Positions 11,001-21,339 are shown, numbered from the stretch's first letter. The stretch: DNA of 64,000 nt from Candidatus Latescibacterota bacterium (GCA_965217865.1 CBDCJO010000002.1:576001-640000); one strand, 5' to 3'. Numbers and translations: made by a program. The notes: generated by a model not told the origin, from the sequence alone.

Positions 11001-12046
11001 AGGACATCACCCGCGCCATAGACGCTCTGGATCGAGGCACTCTGTCGCCGTGGGACCTGCACCACTGGGCCTTTACCTGGGTGCTCGACAAGGTGTCCCC
11101 CGCCACCGTGGCGCTGCTGCTTGACGCGATGCTCGACCATAGCGCCCCGTCCTTTGCGCTCGCGGTCACCATCTTGGGCCGGATTCTCACCGATGAAGGA
11201 GAGACGACCGAGGAGTCCGGACCGGACATCTCCAAGCTCGCAGATTTTCGGCCCCAAGTTCTAACGATGGCCCGGAACGCCGGTCGTTGGAGCAGGACGG
11301 AATCCAAGCCTCCACGGAGCCTAGCGGGATCCGGAATCGACCTGAACGTGACGGACTACTACTTCGAGAAGATTGTACTGAGGATGCTGGCCAAGGGTCG
11401 CGAGGATTCCAACGCTCGCGCGACGGCTCTGGCCCTCGCTCGAACCCTGGCTCACGGAGACCACCACGGTTGGCTCAATCCGAGGAGCACCAAGCCGACT
11501 TCTGTGCTCACCAGAATGCTGGCCGGTTTTCCGGAGATCGTGTGGCCGCTCATCGGAGGAGCCATCGTGGGGAATCGTCGGTTCGCAAGTCGCATGAGGT
11601 ATGTTCTCGGGCGTCCGTACACTTTCGGCCGCGACGTCAGGCCACCGATCCTGGACGTTCCTGAAGACACGCTGTTCGCATGGTGCCATGCCAACCCCGA
11701 TGGCGCTCCCACCTTCCTGGCGCAGTGCTTGCCGATTCTATCGCCGGAAGACGACGATGCGGAAGCCGGCTTCCTCCATCCTGTGATGTCCCGACTCTTA
11801 GACGAGTTCGGCGAACGCGACGATGTACACCAAGCCTTAGAAAGCAACATCCATACCTACAGCTGGTCCGGTTCTTCAGCCAGCTACTATCCCCGCTACA
11901 GGGAGCCCCTCGAACGGCTTTGCACCCACCCAAAGGCCGGAGTGCGGCAGTGGGCGGAGAAGATGCGTGGCCAAGTTGCGCGCTGTATCACGCGCGAGAC
12001 GATCCGAGACGAGGAACGGGAGGCAAAGGGACGTTGGCTCTGTTAG
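8045..12046 (+). CDS. Nuclease-like N-terminus, P-loop (STAND-like) NTPase and long helical C-terminal region, 1333 aa
   Basis: PDGGEDG...QLKAG (D...QxK nuclease-like motif), Walker A GLSGIGKS, Walker B VVVVDDC, GFP motif. Confidence 0.7.
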   Translation: MERTPELTPDRIRAIREGKLHPASSRVPAPFEVESDDIASFGPPAFPNLLRRLLSAEAREYGLPQDGIRVASNIHVPDGGEDGRISWRGGPERTPFLPSRLCQFQLKAGKISPARAGKDVLTNEAEVKTMVRSVLERGGNYIMLCVQPYNQRQVEARQRGICDALAKAGLSVLDHLIGFWEANQIAAWVNTHQSVALWVREEVGLGTPGGFTSWNHWNGRSEHSVPWVDDPRLADLRRTIRDKVTESGAVLRVVGLSGIGKSRLCLEALKTVGEDEIASRSLRDFVMYAVQSEVGAEAIHPLVEKLAVSGGRAVVVVDDCDARGHAILAGMVSRPGSRLSLVTIDNEIPSHIDAATIKIDEAPATVIEPIVDHAAATLQDVDRHRLARLSRGFPEVAIRIAKESDTRRRYLTYPADDHLIDEFVLGRRPTDRALLLQSAQLLAAFGPVRVEPTAEAHLGAFQTVGTESLAEEHLARIADLGRHLTRDDLYAGIQRLVQRDVVKRRGGLGTIQPRPIAVRLAERQWKEWDNRKWDRVLSGDIGSDLSVSAARRLAELNASEVASNVVDHVCRESGHFDRVDEIVLPGRAEVLSALAQINADAVAELIGRSLDRLGDLGQLGDGVRRPIVRALRTIAFPSSTFMVGARMMLRLAVTGNASGVSAAASRPFVELFSPVLGGTEADGGARLLFLDEAADTSHQAQLSHVVEALVAGCSVGGYSRTVGPEIQGSRRALHPWYPNSKQELARYIAGCVNRLGGLAARDDDVGAKARSDLGGAISSLMCHGFVEAVEEAIQRVVGAGCSWSLALRQLKAVLEHDSELIDDKTADRVRSLVDKLEPTSLRERVRVFVTEPPMPGFMETELSISAQSERHRAIVLALADELLGELPTLRELLPELSRGRQSMADELGESLAKSAPSPLEWLEPIVKAVVGIPTSERNYGLLSGFVAGLPARFHDEAEAFRTRAVGSPDLAPAFPRICRHAGLTPKDITRAIDALDRGTLSPWDLHHWAFTWVLDKVSPATVALLLDAMLDHSAPSFALAVTILGRILTDEGETTEESGPDISKLADFRPQVLTMARNAGRWSRTESKPPRSLAGSGIDLNVTDYYFEKIVLRMLAKGREDSNARATALALARTLAHGDHHGWLNPRSTKPTSVLTRMLAGFPEIVWPLIGGAIVGNRRFASRMRYVLGRPYTFGRDVRPPILDVPEDTLFAWCHANPDGAPTFLAQCLPILSPEDDDAEAGFLHPVMSRLLDEFGERDDVHQALESNIHTYSWSGSSASYYPRYREPLERLCTHPKAGVRQWAEKMRGQVARCITRETIRDEEREAKGRWLC

Positions 12047-12102
12047 TGCCGGGGAACTCGGGCGTTGATTGCCGCTGGGTGCCCGATTCTTCCTTCGAGA
12101 GA

Positions 12103-13345
12103 TCAGCAACCGTTTCGGGCAAGTAGTCCGTCCAGCGCCGCGTCGTCCGTGATGTCGACAGGCCAGCCGTAGGCGGCGGCCACGGCGGCGTCCAGTTGGT
12201 TGTGCACGTCGCCGAGCCACTGTGGCCGGGCGTTGTAGAGGTTGGTCAGGGTCCGCTTCTTGAGCGCTATTGCAGCCTTCTTGTCACGCGGGACCGGGCG
12301 TGGGGGATAGCCGGGAACGGACTCCTCGACCCATTCCACCCACTCGGGCGGGTTGAGCCAGCGGTCGCGGAGTTCGACGAGCCGCCGTGCCGCCGAAGCG
12401 ATGGCCACGACGCGCGGCTTTTCCGCATATTCCGCAGCGGGAATATTGGGAGAGAGACCATCCGGGAAGGGGAAAGTCTCGAAAGTCGTGGTCGGGGTGT
12501 AGCGCGGACGGTCCTCCAGGCTAGTGCCCATGCGGAGCGGCCAGACCTCGTGGAAGCGGCTGTGTAGGATCCCGAACGTGGTGTCGTCGTCGCGCACGAT
12601 GACGATTAGTTGGCTGTCAGGCCGGATGCGGGCGTCGAGCCAAGCGAAGAGGCGGTGCTTGGCGACACGCGGCGTTGCAAGGTACCGCGCCAGTCCGTCA
12701 AGCGCCTTCCACATCCCTTGTCTGGGCTCGACGTGCCGCCACCAGTTGAGGCGGTAGGATTCGCGACGGTTCCGTTGCCGCATCGGATATACTTTTTCCA
12801 AGGTGTGCTGGAACGGAGCCTCGTACAGGGCAGCCTCCTCCTTGTCCATGGTCCAGCCGAGGCGCCGCGCCTTCGTCAAATCGACGCCAGCCCCACCGCG
12901 CCGCGCCGTCAGATCGGTATAGATCTCGTCCACCGCCTCTCCGTCGAGGCGGCGCTCCGGTGTGAGGTCGTCGTCCGACTGCGAGAAGCACACCAATGAG
13001 ACGCGCACGGCCGCGCCATCGATCACCCAAGGCTCGTCGCTCCAGGCGTCGAAGATTGGCCTGCCACCAGTCGCCCTTTCAAGCGCCCGGCAGTTTGCAC
13101 CACCCCGGATGGAGTTGGTCGCAACCAAGCCAACCCGCTTCGAGGTCCCTCCGCCTAAGGGTTCTCCGGCCTTCACGAACCAGAAGCAGACCAGATCGGC
13201 CTCGCGGGGCACCCGGCCCTCGTACACCTGGGAACAGGGTCGAGACGTATTCCTCGCCGAGGTTGGTGATGAGCAGCTTGCCGCCCAGGAACGGCGGGTT
13301 ACCGATAATGACATCGGCCTCGGGCCACTGCGGCTCCCCGCCCTC
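12103..13345 (-). pseudogene. MmeI-like type IIG/IIL restriction-modification enzyme, C-terminal fragment
   Basis: IIGNPPFLG in a shifted frame near 13290; ADLVCFWF, GLVATNSIRGG, RYTPTTTFETFPFP, RTLTNLYN, LDAAVAAAYGW. Confidence 0.8.
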
Positions 13346-13471
13346 GGACGTCAGAATCGCACCACGTCAGGCCCATGAAACAAGGGAAGGCAAACGTCCA
13401 CAATAAATCACTTTCCGAATCAAGCAATTCAATAAATGTCATAACTCCTCCTTACCTTTAAGAGGGCAACC

Positions 13472-13963
13472 GTGGGCACCTTTCTTTTTGCGATTACGGC
13501 CGTAATCGCCATAGTTCTGGCAATAGTCGCAGAATGTGGCGACAGAAAGTTTCGCACGCAGCGATTTGTGGCGTCATTTCTAGTCATTGGTGTGTTGGCC
13601 ACAGCGGCAGGAATTTATATTCACAAGTCACAGAGTCAAAAACCTAGTGAATCGGAGCGCCATAAAATTTATTTTGATAATACCCGTAGATTCCAGGACA
13701 AGTTTCTTCCTGGAGGCAAAGGGATAATTAGTGCTTTTTCATACCAAAGCATACTTGTGCTCAAAATTACCGATGAACTAGCCTATGGTTTTTTGAACGA
13801 TCGCCTCCTAGCTGAGAGAATACTTAGAAAATGGATGGATGGATGGAAGAATATTTCGGGTCACGATGTGGTAACAATCATCATAAAATTGGATGATATT
13901 GAAATCATCACCGCCCAAACTGCTGGTTTTTCAGGGGATGATCAAGTGGAGTTTAACCGATGA
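13472..13963 (+). CDS. Hypothetical membrane-anchored protein
   Basis: AT-rich ORF with two N-terminal TM helices and an RBS. Confidence 0.5.
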   Translation: MGTFLFAITAVIAIVLAIVAECGDRKFRTQRFVASFLVIGVLATAAGIYIHKSQSQKPSESERHKIYFDNTRRFQDKFLPGGKGIISAFSYQSILVLKITDELAYGFLNDRLLAERILRKWMDGWKNISGHDVVTIIIKLDDIEIITAQTAGFSGDDQVEFNR

Positions 13964-14228
13964 ACTGGGTTAAGCGAACGGACCCAGGGGAACTAGCAAG
14001 TCGCCATTAGGGGGGGGTTATATGCGGTCCCTCGGCAGAGAAGACGAGATAGCTTCATTCGACGAGCAGCAAGCGGCGCAACGCGACATCCAAGCTCTCC
14101 TGATCCCCCCAGGCTTGACCGATGAGCAGGTCCGAATGTGGGCATCGACTTGTCTGCTCGCCGCCCCTTTTGCCAACACCGTGATGCGGGACTCAGCGTG
14201 ACGGACGCCGCAAAGAAGGTCGGGAGGA

Positions 14229-15281
14229 ATGAGAATGAGAAAGTCTGTCTACGTGATACTGTCGGTTCTGATCGCCGGGATAGCATCGGCGAGGCCCAAG
14301 CCGATCGAGATACCGGAAGGTTACGAGCACGACAAGTGGAACACCGCACCTGACGATGCTATTCGTAAATTCGGGGCATTCACGAGTTCATTCGACACCG
14401 ACGCCGACACGGGCGATGGCGTAAATGACCTCTGGGGTATTCCCCAGTGGGTCGCCTACCACATGAAAGCGTTTCGAGGCTCGCCGAATACTGAGAACCG
14501 GCCGGCTTGGTTCACCGACAACGGACTAAAGAACCAGGGTTTCGCCCCAACGGACGATACCTATAAATACTCGAAGGCTTTTCGAAAAGCCCATCCCAAC
14601 TGGTACGTCCGCGGCCACCTCTGCATGAAGCTGCACGCTGCAAGGATCAGCCCCGAGGCCGAATGGAACACCCATACGATGCTGAACGCTGTGCCCCAGC
14701 GCCAGGAGTTCAATGCCGGTATCTGGCTGGATCTCGAGCACAAGACGGCAGATTGGGCTGATCTGTACGGCGAAGTTTGGATCATCGCAGGGCCGATCGT
14801 CGACCTGGATGAGCCGCCTGCCCTTCTGGGGGAACCGGACAAAGACGAGATGCTCATCGCCATCCCTGACGCTTTGTTCAAGATTGTCGTGCGCAGTTCT
14901 CCAGACGATCACCGTCCGGACGTTCTGGCCTTCATCTACCCACAGCAGGACGATGGTTATGATGACGGCCCTTACGATCACACCAAATACCTGGTCAGAG
15001 TTGACGACATCGAGGCTGCGACAGGCCTCGATTTCTTCACCAGTCTGTCTGAGGCTGACCAGACAGCAATCGAACGAAAGGCGGCCACGGGTCTTTGGGA
15101 GAAGATCAACATCAACACGGCAACCGCCAACCAGATCGAAACCATCGACGGAATCGGGGGAATTCTGGCCGGGAGGATTATCGAAGGCAGGCCATACAAA
15201 ACTCTTGAAGAGCTTTTAAATGTGAGAGGCATCGGACCGGCAAAACTGAATGTCATCCGGCCGCACGTAACCACAGACTAG
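14229..15281 (+). CDS. Secreted DNA/RNA non-specific endonuclease fused to a ComEA-like helix-hairpin-helix domain
   Basis: Signal peptide; YVRGHL, NAVPQ...FNAGIW..LE, IPDALFKI; C-terminal KININTA...GIG...RGIGP. Confidence 0.85.
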   Translation: MRMRKSVYVILSVLIAGIASARPKPIEIPEGYEHDKWNTAPDDAIRKFGAFTSSFDTDADTGDGVNDLWGIPQWVAYHMKAFRGSPNTENRPAWFTDNGLKNQGFAPTDDTYKYSKAFRKAHPNWYVRGHLCMKLHAARISPEAEWNTHTMLNAVPQRQEFNAGIWLDLEHKTADWADLYGEVWIIAGPIVDLDEPPALLGEPDKDEMLIAIPDALFKIVVRSSPDDHRPDVLAFIYPQQDDGYDDGPYDHTKYLVRVDDIEAATGLDFFTSLSEADQTAIERKAATGLWEKININTATANQIETIDGIGGILAGRIIEGRPYKTLEELLNVRGIGPAKLNVIRPHVTTD

Positions 15282-15589
15282 CACTTACCTTCTAAAGAGG
15301 GTGCGATCCATGGGGAGCTAATATCGAGTTGGTGGGCCAGGTGAGTTTCTTTCAGAGCGCGCCAGCGATCATCTTCTGTGGGGGCTTGTCTCAGAGGGGC
15401 TTGGGAGAATGGACAGACTGATTGGGGGAAAGCATGAGCGTTGAGCCAATCAGCATTATTGACCGCGATCGTGGCGGTGGGAGTGGTCTTGGCCGAGGCG
15501 GCGATGTTCGCCTGTCTGAGCTTCGCCCGCCTGCAAGGCGTCGAGGCTGATCGCGGGCGGCCCTAACTGCGGTGGGAAGGGCGGTACGA

Positions 15590-16187
15590 ATGTGCGTGTT
15601 TCTGGCAAATTGTCCATATTGCGGCACCAAAGAAGTTGCGTTCACGATTCTCTGTGAAAATCACTTGGATGGATCTCTCTGGGATACATTTGCTAAATGC
15701 GGTTACTGCGGCCATGGGATTGTCGCGACATTTAACGCGTTCGACGGGCAGGCTCCAAGTGCAAGCCTCACACTCCATCTTCTGGGAATTGCTCCGCCGC
15801 TTCCCGACACCGGTGCGCCGGACTATACTCCTGAAAATGTCGCGCGCTTCTTCGAGCAAGCTTATTGATAACCTGCCTAAAAACTGGGACGCCGCCGGCA
15901 GTATGTTCCGCAAGGCACTGGATACTGGCTTGAAAAGCAAGTTTCCCGAGATGAAAGGCATGTTGTACAATCGTATAGAGGAGGCTGCCAAGAAACAGGA
16001 TTTGACGCCCGCTTTGGCCGAATGGGCGCATCAGATACGGCTTGGCGGCAATGACGCCGCACATGAGGAAGAGCCAATTTCTAAAAATGATGCGGAGGAA
16101 TTATCCAAATTTACCAGGCTTGTTTTCCTCTACTTGTTCACACTGCCTGGCATGCTGGAGGAAGCTCAAAAGCGAACCGGAGAATAG
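15590..16187 (+). pseudogene. Zn-ribbon plus DUF4145 (HEPN-like) protein, frameshift near 15860
   Basis: CPYC...CGYC, then MFRKALD...IRLGGNDAAH in another frame. Confidence 0.7.
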
Positions 16188-16229
16188 ACCGGTGATTTTG
16201 GAGGAAGCATGGAGCAGCGAGGGAATCAA

Positions 16230-16440
16230 CATACGCTGGCGGGCGTCGCAGATAAGGGGCTGTTCATCACCACAGGAGGGTTCACCAAGGATGCGGAGCG
16301 CGAGGCCGTGAGGGACGGGACGCCAGCGATTGATCTGGTCGACGGTATCGATCTTTGCATTCTTCTGAAGGATCTCGGACTGGGTGTGGGCACTGGGGCC
16401 GTCGAAGTTGTCAAGCCGAGGCCGGAATTCTTAGGGCCTT
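16230..16440 (+). pseudogene. mrr: Mrr-type restriction endonuclease C-terminal fragment
   Basis: ADKGLFITTGGFTKDAEREAVRDGTPAIDLVDG. Confidence 0.75.
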
Positions 16441-16499
16441 TGAGACGCATAGCCGCACCTCACCGATCCCGGCGTAGGTCATGGAGCGGCGTTCTATAG

Positions 16500-16680
16500 C
16501 CGGAAAGAATGACGGTTTCGCCCGTATCGTATCGACCAATAACATCAAGAGCAGAGAATTCGCAATCTGGACGCGCTGGAACCGTTGGGTTATATCTGGA
16601 AGCCCCTCTACGGATCCGAGCCACCGGGACACAGCACCAGCGCCGAGGGCAGCAGTTCCTATCGCCAAGCGATTGACCCA
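16500..16680 (-). pseudogene. Dam-like (D12 class) adenine methyltransferase fragment
   Basis: VSRWLGSVEGLPDITQRFQRVQI and ALDVIGRYDT, split across frames. Confidence 0.5.
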
Positions 16681-17109
16681 CTACAGCCCCTTTTTTATTA
16701 AGAGAAAGCTGCGAACCGCATAAAGAAAGCCAAAAATCGAGCATTAAAGAAGTATGTTAATAGCCCGGTCTTGTTTTTCTTGGGTTTGAACGTCTGTTAG
16801 GATTTCGTCGGGTTTGGGGGGTTCGCCTTCTCGAAGGGCGTCCTCGACATCACTCCACTCGCTGAAAAGGCCTCCCGCGTGTTCGGGTTGCCAAAGCTGG
16901 TCCCGCTTTGATCTCTAGCGGCTGCGGGTAGAACCCGAACTCCTTACGCATACTCTTTAGTCTCCCATGCTGGGCAGGCACCCACAGAGCGTGTCACTTT
17001 TCGCTTTGTTCTTTGTGAGGGGATCCGATCGAAATTTGAGGAACAACCCTGTGCAAAGTAGATTGCCCATGCACCGGAGCCCGCGATGCGGTGCCAGGAC
17101 GAGAAGCGC

Positions 17110-17360
17110 AGTCCCCACAGAGCCAGTAGAGCGACGTCAATCATGGCCTCTTGCAGCTCTGCCTCCGGCCATGTCTCTCGATAGGTTAAACGGGGCATGT
17201 CTGAAAAGTCCCTGTAGGGATAACCGTAATTTGCCGGCCAAACTTCTCTTAACGAATTGAGGTACTCAGACGTATAAACCTAGTCCCACCAGACTCTCAA
17301 ATAATCGCGTTTGAAAGTGGTTTCAAACCTCCGATGGCGGTCAATTCCTGTGCCGGCACC
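17110..17360 (-). pseudogene. Third ABC permease copy, C-terminal fragment
   Basis: DFSDMPRLTYRETWP...IDVALLALWGL is similar to the 3' end of 5146..6249. Confidence 0.65.
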
Positions 17361-17539
17361 TCTTATGGAGACGGCCGGAAACTTCACTGAATTCCAACTT
17401 TCAGTGTCTCAAAATTGTTGACATGTTCCGTTCTGTGAGGTGAAAAATGAGCCTTCATGCGGGTCTTCGCTCTTGAACAGATTCGTCCCTACCTACAATT
17501 CACGGGTAGTTGCGTCCCACGATCTGTGATAATCTGGTA

Positions 17540-18043
17540 TTATCTGTGGTGCTTTTTTGCCGGATTAAGGTTAGCCACTCGTCTGCATCGGTTTTCAGTA
17601 AGAAATGTTTCCCTTTCGGCGTCCGTCCCCTTAACTGGATATAATTTTGTCTGCTCTCCAATTACCTTTGGAACGACATCCTTGAAGTCGTGCTTCAAAT
17701 CATTATCGTTCGTACAAAGAATTTTCGCCTTATAAGCAATGGCCAATGCAAGTGTCTGAGAATCATTCGACCTTAAGTTAAATCCCTCAATTGCATTCCT
17801 GGCTTCATCTATTTTATCAAGAGATGCCCTAATCGCTCTTCCTCTGCTTTGCCATGTTTCGAGCTTCTTCATGAAGCTCTTCGTCTTACGGGTTTCATCG
17901 CCAAGCTTCCCGTAAACTGTATAACACAACGTTCCATGCCCTTGCCCGATCCATGCTGTCAAGTAAGGATCTCTTTTTTTGCCGACTTTATCATCTAAAA
18001 CGATATTTGACACGTTGGTGTCCAAGATAAGCCGTTCACACAT
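17540..18043 (-). CDS. PIN-like domain protein
   Basis: LILDTNV at the N-terminus, SNDSQTLALA and LCTNDNDL acidic PIN-type motifs. Confidence 0.6.
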   Translation of the reverse strand: MCERLILDTNVSNIVLDDKVGKKRDPYLTAWIGQGHGTLCYTVYGKLGDETRKTKSFMKKLETWQSRGRAIRASLDKIDEARNAIEGFNLRSNDSQTLALAIAYKAKILCTNDNDLKHDFKDVVPKVIGEQTKLYPVKGTDAERETFLTENRCRRVANLNPAKKHHR

Positions 18044-18056
18044 GCGGTGTGCCTTA

Positions 18057-19292
18057 TTAAAATCCCAGGAATTCCTCGGTTTCACGCTCAAAAAATTCTC
18101 GATAATTCGCGGGAGCATCTATCAAATTCCCCTCCTCATCGATTTTAATCTCGTGAATGACCACGTCATTTCCTCTTTCCCTTTGTTCAAACCAAAAAAT
18201 TTCTACGTCGCCGGGTGTTACTTCACCCTTTCTCACACAGATACATAAACGATTAATGATATGGTCGGCATGGGTCTCGATTACATAGCGTCCTTCGGAC
18301 TCAGCTATAAACTGCGCGAGCAATGCCTGTGCCATGGGATGAAGGTGTGTTTCAGGTTGTTGCATCAAGATTGTCGCTCCGGAATCTTCGCCAATCAACT
18401 TCAGCATCGGTAAAACACAGTGTACGCCAAAACCGACATCCACAATGTTACGTCTACGGCCGAAAACGGTAACCTCAAGTGCGTAACCTCCACCCGGCTC
18501 GCGTTGAATATCAATGTCCGAGAAAAGTTTCAGTTGGCTTCCAGCTCTGGCAATGCGTTCCCGGGCCACTTCTAATTCATGCGTGCGGTCAAACCCACCC
18601 GGAAATAGCGGGTGATTAGTGTACTCTCTGCGAGGAGACAAAATTTGCGGAGAAATCGTGCGGATCTTAGGCTGCGATGCCGGAAGGGCTGACGACAATT
18701 TGGTGAGATGATTAACAAGACGCACGTAATGAGTTATTTCGGAATCCGAAGATTTATACCGCTTTACTTTTTTTAAAATCCCAATGTCGCCTCCATATGG
18801 CAATTGTTGATACCTCACCGCCATACCAAGCCATTGAGAGAACTGCCTGTAAGAAACGTTATTGGAATCGAGATTGAAAGCAAACGACGGGCTGGTCAGT
18901 TTCCAAATCCCCGCAGACCGCACGCGTTCAAATTGCAACTCCGGCATTCCTTGAGGCTTAACCATTGCCCTTTGTTCACAGAGGGTTCCATCCTTCGAAG
19001 CAAACTCGAACCTCATGTCTACTCCGTCAACACAACCACCTAGTATGAACGAGTCGGACTCCTGCCTCGCAATCGTTTCAAAAGTTCCCATGTCGATGAG
19101 ATCAATTTTAAATGGGTTGTAGGAACGTTCTTGGTTGCACGCCAAATGAGCAAATACAGAGCAACAGGCCAGAAAGGTAGTTTTTCCAGTGCTGTTTTCA
19201 CCTACAAGAAGCGTGATTCGAGGCAGTGTGACTGTTTGTTCGCCCGCAAAACAACGGATATCTTTAAGGGAAAGTTTGGTGATGGATGTCAT
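18057..19292 (-). CDS. AAA_15/AAA_21 ABC-type ATPase with DUF3696-like C-terminus
   Basis: Walker A GENSTGKT, DVGFG signature, QQPETHLHP, IETHADHII. Confidence 0.85.
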   Translation of the reverse strand: MTSITKLSLKDIRCFAGEQTVTLPRITLLVGENSTGKTTFLACCSVFAHLACNQERSYNPFKIDLIDMGTFETIARQESDSFILGGCVDGVDMRFEFASKDGTLCEQRAMVKPQGMPELQFERVRSAGIWKLTSPSFAFNLDSNNVSYRQFSQWLGMAVRYQQLPYGGDIGILKKVKRYKSSDSEITHYVRLVNHLTKLSSALPASQPKIRTISPQILSPRREYTNHPLFPGGFDRTHELEVARERIARAGSQLKLFSDIDIQREPGGGYALEVTVFGRRRNIVDVGFGVHCVLPMLKLIGEDSGATILMQQPETHLHPMAQALLAQFIAESEGRYVIETHADHIINRLCICVRKGEVTPGDVEIFWFEQRERGNDVVIHEIKIDEEGNLIDAPANYREFFERETEEFLGF

Positions 19293-20755
19293 TTGAACAA
19301 ATCCAGGAATTTGCGCAGGACTTCCGTGAAAAGGCTGCGCCAGCGCGTGGTGCCAAGGTCGTGAGAGCTCGGCTCAATGAACGGATACTGCGACGTGTCT
19401 CCCGCCCCTATTCGGTCATGTACTGAACAATGTGGTTTGCATGTCAAAGAATCAAAACGCTCCTGGTTTCCTCGGACAAAGTAATACGTCGTCTTAGCGC
19501 CTTTAGCAGGCCACCAGTCCTCAGCAATCAGGTAGCGGACCATTTCGATCACCAGCAAGCTACCTAGATTGGCGCTAAACGGGAAGACATTCTGATTGCG
19601 CAGTGTGACTGAAAACTCACCGTGCTGTTTCAGATATTCAGGGTTGTCAAGAGATCTATCCATCTCTTGAACAACCTCTGAACTGGAATACTGGCCGTCG
19701 CAACGGAGACAACGGTTGCCCGGCCCGGCGATTGACACGGTCCAATTTGCATGCGCGAGACGGCCGTCAGTTTTGTTATCTACAAACACGCCCCCAAAGA
19801 TGACCGGTATGCAGTGCGCATAGGCGATATGGTTGAGGAGGTCTTTTGCAAGGGGACGATCAACGCACGAGAACAGAAGGTCGCAGTCTAGCGCAGCTTG
19901 ATAACTGTAGTTATTCTGGAGATTGCCGACAATCGGAGCCACTTGGAAATCATTAGCGGTCGCCGCAAGCTTTGCGTGCTTTGCTGCGAGTTGCACTTTG
20001 TGAGTACCGATATCCCGGGGTGCCGCATTGAGAAGTCTGTCAAGATTATGCGTTTCTATCTTGTCGGAATCGATCAGAGTCAGATTCGCTATACCCATCC
20101 TTGCAAGCGCTTCTGCTACAACGGCTCCCACACTACCAAGACCAACAATACCGATACTGAGTCTTGCCATCCGTTGCTGCATCGCCAATCCCCAACTGTC
20201 AATCGTACGCTGCAGTTGCGGGCGTCGCCCATATGCGGGAAACATTGAATCATTGTACATCACCTTCATCGTGCCACCGTCCACGACCCGCACCTTGTGA
20301 CACCAAATGGGCCTACGCTGCTTCCGTTCGATCCAAAAGCGGGCACTCAGACTGCCATCTGTTCCCATTGTCAAACCGACAAGCGGTAACCCCGTGACTG
20401 CCGCAACCGGAGCAATTCTGTCCCGTTCCGCTACGATGTCTTCGTCGCTCATTCCTTGCCAGCCAACCGAGAGGTGGTTATGCATGAACGCGAGGCCCAT
20501 GTGCTGGTCAAGGGCTAGGCGCAAAGACCGGGAGAGGTATTCGGAGTCGAAAGCGGCATTGCCATGAAGCGTCCGCTCTCCTTCAATCGGCTTGATGATG
20601 TCTGAAACAATTGCGGAATATCTGGCTTTTCCCGTACTGGGCCGCCAGAGGCAAAAGCAGAGATCCTCCTGCCGTTTGGACGCACGGGTGTGCTGCAACA
20701 GATGGTCGCAGGTCTGTTTGTAGGTGTGCCAGGGAAGGACCGCATCATAGCTCAT
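19289..20755 (-). CDS. JAB-like peptidase fused to ThiF/E1 ubiquitin-activating-like domain
   Basis: N-terminal E...HNH...S.ED JAB-like motif; [26 protein letters not shown] and a C-terminal C...C. Confidence 0.8.
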   Translation of the reverse strand: MSYDAVLPWHTYKQTCDHLLQHTRASKRQEDLCFCLWRPSTGKARYSAIVSDIIKPIEGERTLHGNAAFDSEYLSRSLRLALDQHMGLAFMHNHLSVGWQGMSDEDIVAERDRIAPVAAVTGLPLVGLTMGTDGSLSARFWIERKQRRPIWCHKVRVVDGGTMKVMYNDSMFPAYGRRPQLQRTIDSWGLAMQQRMARLSIGIVGLGSVGAVVAEALARMGIANLTLIDSDKIETHNLDRLLNAAPRDIGTHKVQLAAKHAKLAATANDFQVAPIVGNLQNNYSYQAALDCDLLFSCVDRPLAKDLLNHIAYAHCIPVIFGGVFVDNKTDGRLAHANWTVSIAGPGNRCLRCDGQYSSSEVVQEMDRSLDNPEYLKQHGEFSVTLRNQNVFPFSANLGSLLVIEMVRYLIAEDWWPAKGAKTTYYFVRGNQERFDSLTCKPHCSVHDRIGAGDTSQYPFIEPSSHDLGTTRWRSLFTEVLRKFLDLFK

Positions 20756-20940
20756 ACATCGGCCCAAAATCGACGCACGTGTTTGTTAAGAAAAGTCTTC
20801 ATGTTCTTGTGTTCGACCGGTAGGCTATCCCAGAAATCACTTGGCGGCACGCTGAACACACGCCACTTCGCCTCGCCCTCGTCGTGTGTCGAATGCGCTG
20901 TCCGATTGAGGGGCGGCGCATTGCAGATGTGGATGAAATT
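20752..20940 (-). pseudogene. C-terminal half of a probable prokaryotic E2-like protein
   Basis: Hand translation [10 protein letters not shown]...[14 protein letters not shown]...[16 protein letters not shown]; its stop overlaps the JAB-E1 start (ATGA); 5' end is cut at a dispersed repeat. Confidence 0.45.
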
Positions 20941-21239
20941 ACGCCCGCACCGTCGAGGCGGAAACCATATGAAGGACCGGGTACAGCCTGGAATGGAGGG
21001 CGAAGGCCGAGAAAATGGAACACATGAAAAAGTGGAACAGCTTGGCCGAAGCCGTCCGCCTGGTCAACGGCGCCGGGATCCCCTCGGCCTTCGCTCTGGA
21101 AGGCGCACACACCGACAGGAATGGGCACGGTGTAATCATCTCCGACTCCGGGGGGTGTTGGATGCGCCTTCGGGCGATCGGGCCTTAGGAGCCGTATCCT
21201 TCTTCCGGCTATACCAGACACCGGTGAGCTCTTCGACCT

Positions 21240-21335
21240 GTTGGGAGGCCTGGAAATGTGATCGAAACGAGAAACACAGAACCGTTGATTGGCAGTTCAC
21301 GACCACCGACGCCCGCATCAAACTGAAGAAGCCGC
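21240..21335 (+). mobile_element. IS630-family transposase C-terminal remnant
   Basis: AW...RN......[15 protein letters not shown]. Confidence 0.65.
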
Positions 21336-21339
21336 TAGG

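Noticed and set aside
8100-12000. Numerous antisense and alternate-frame ORFs
   Set aside because: Shadow ORFs of the GC-rich 1333-aa gene
19289-20755. CBASS Cap2/Cap3 assignment for JAB-E1
   Set aside because: No CD-NTase nearby, and the domain order is JAB-E1 rather than E2-E1
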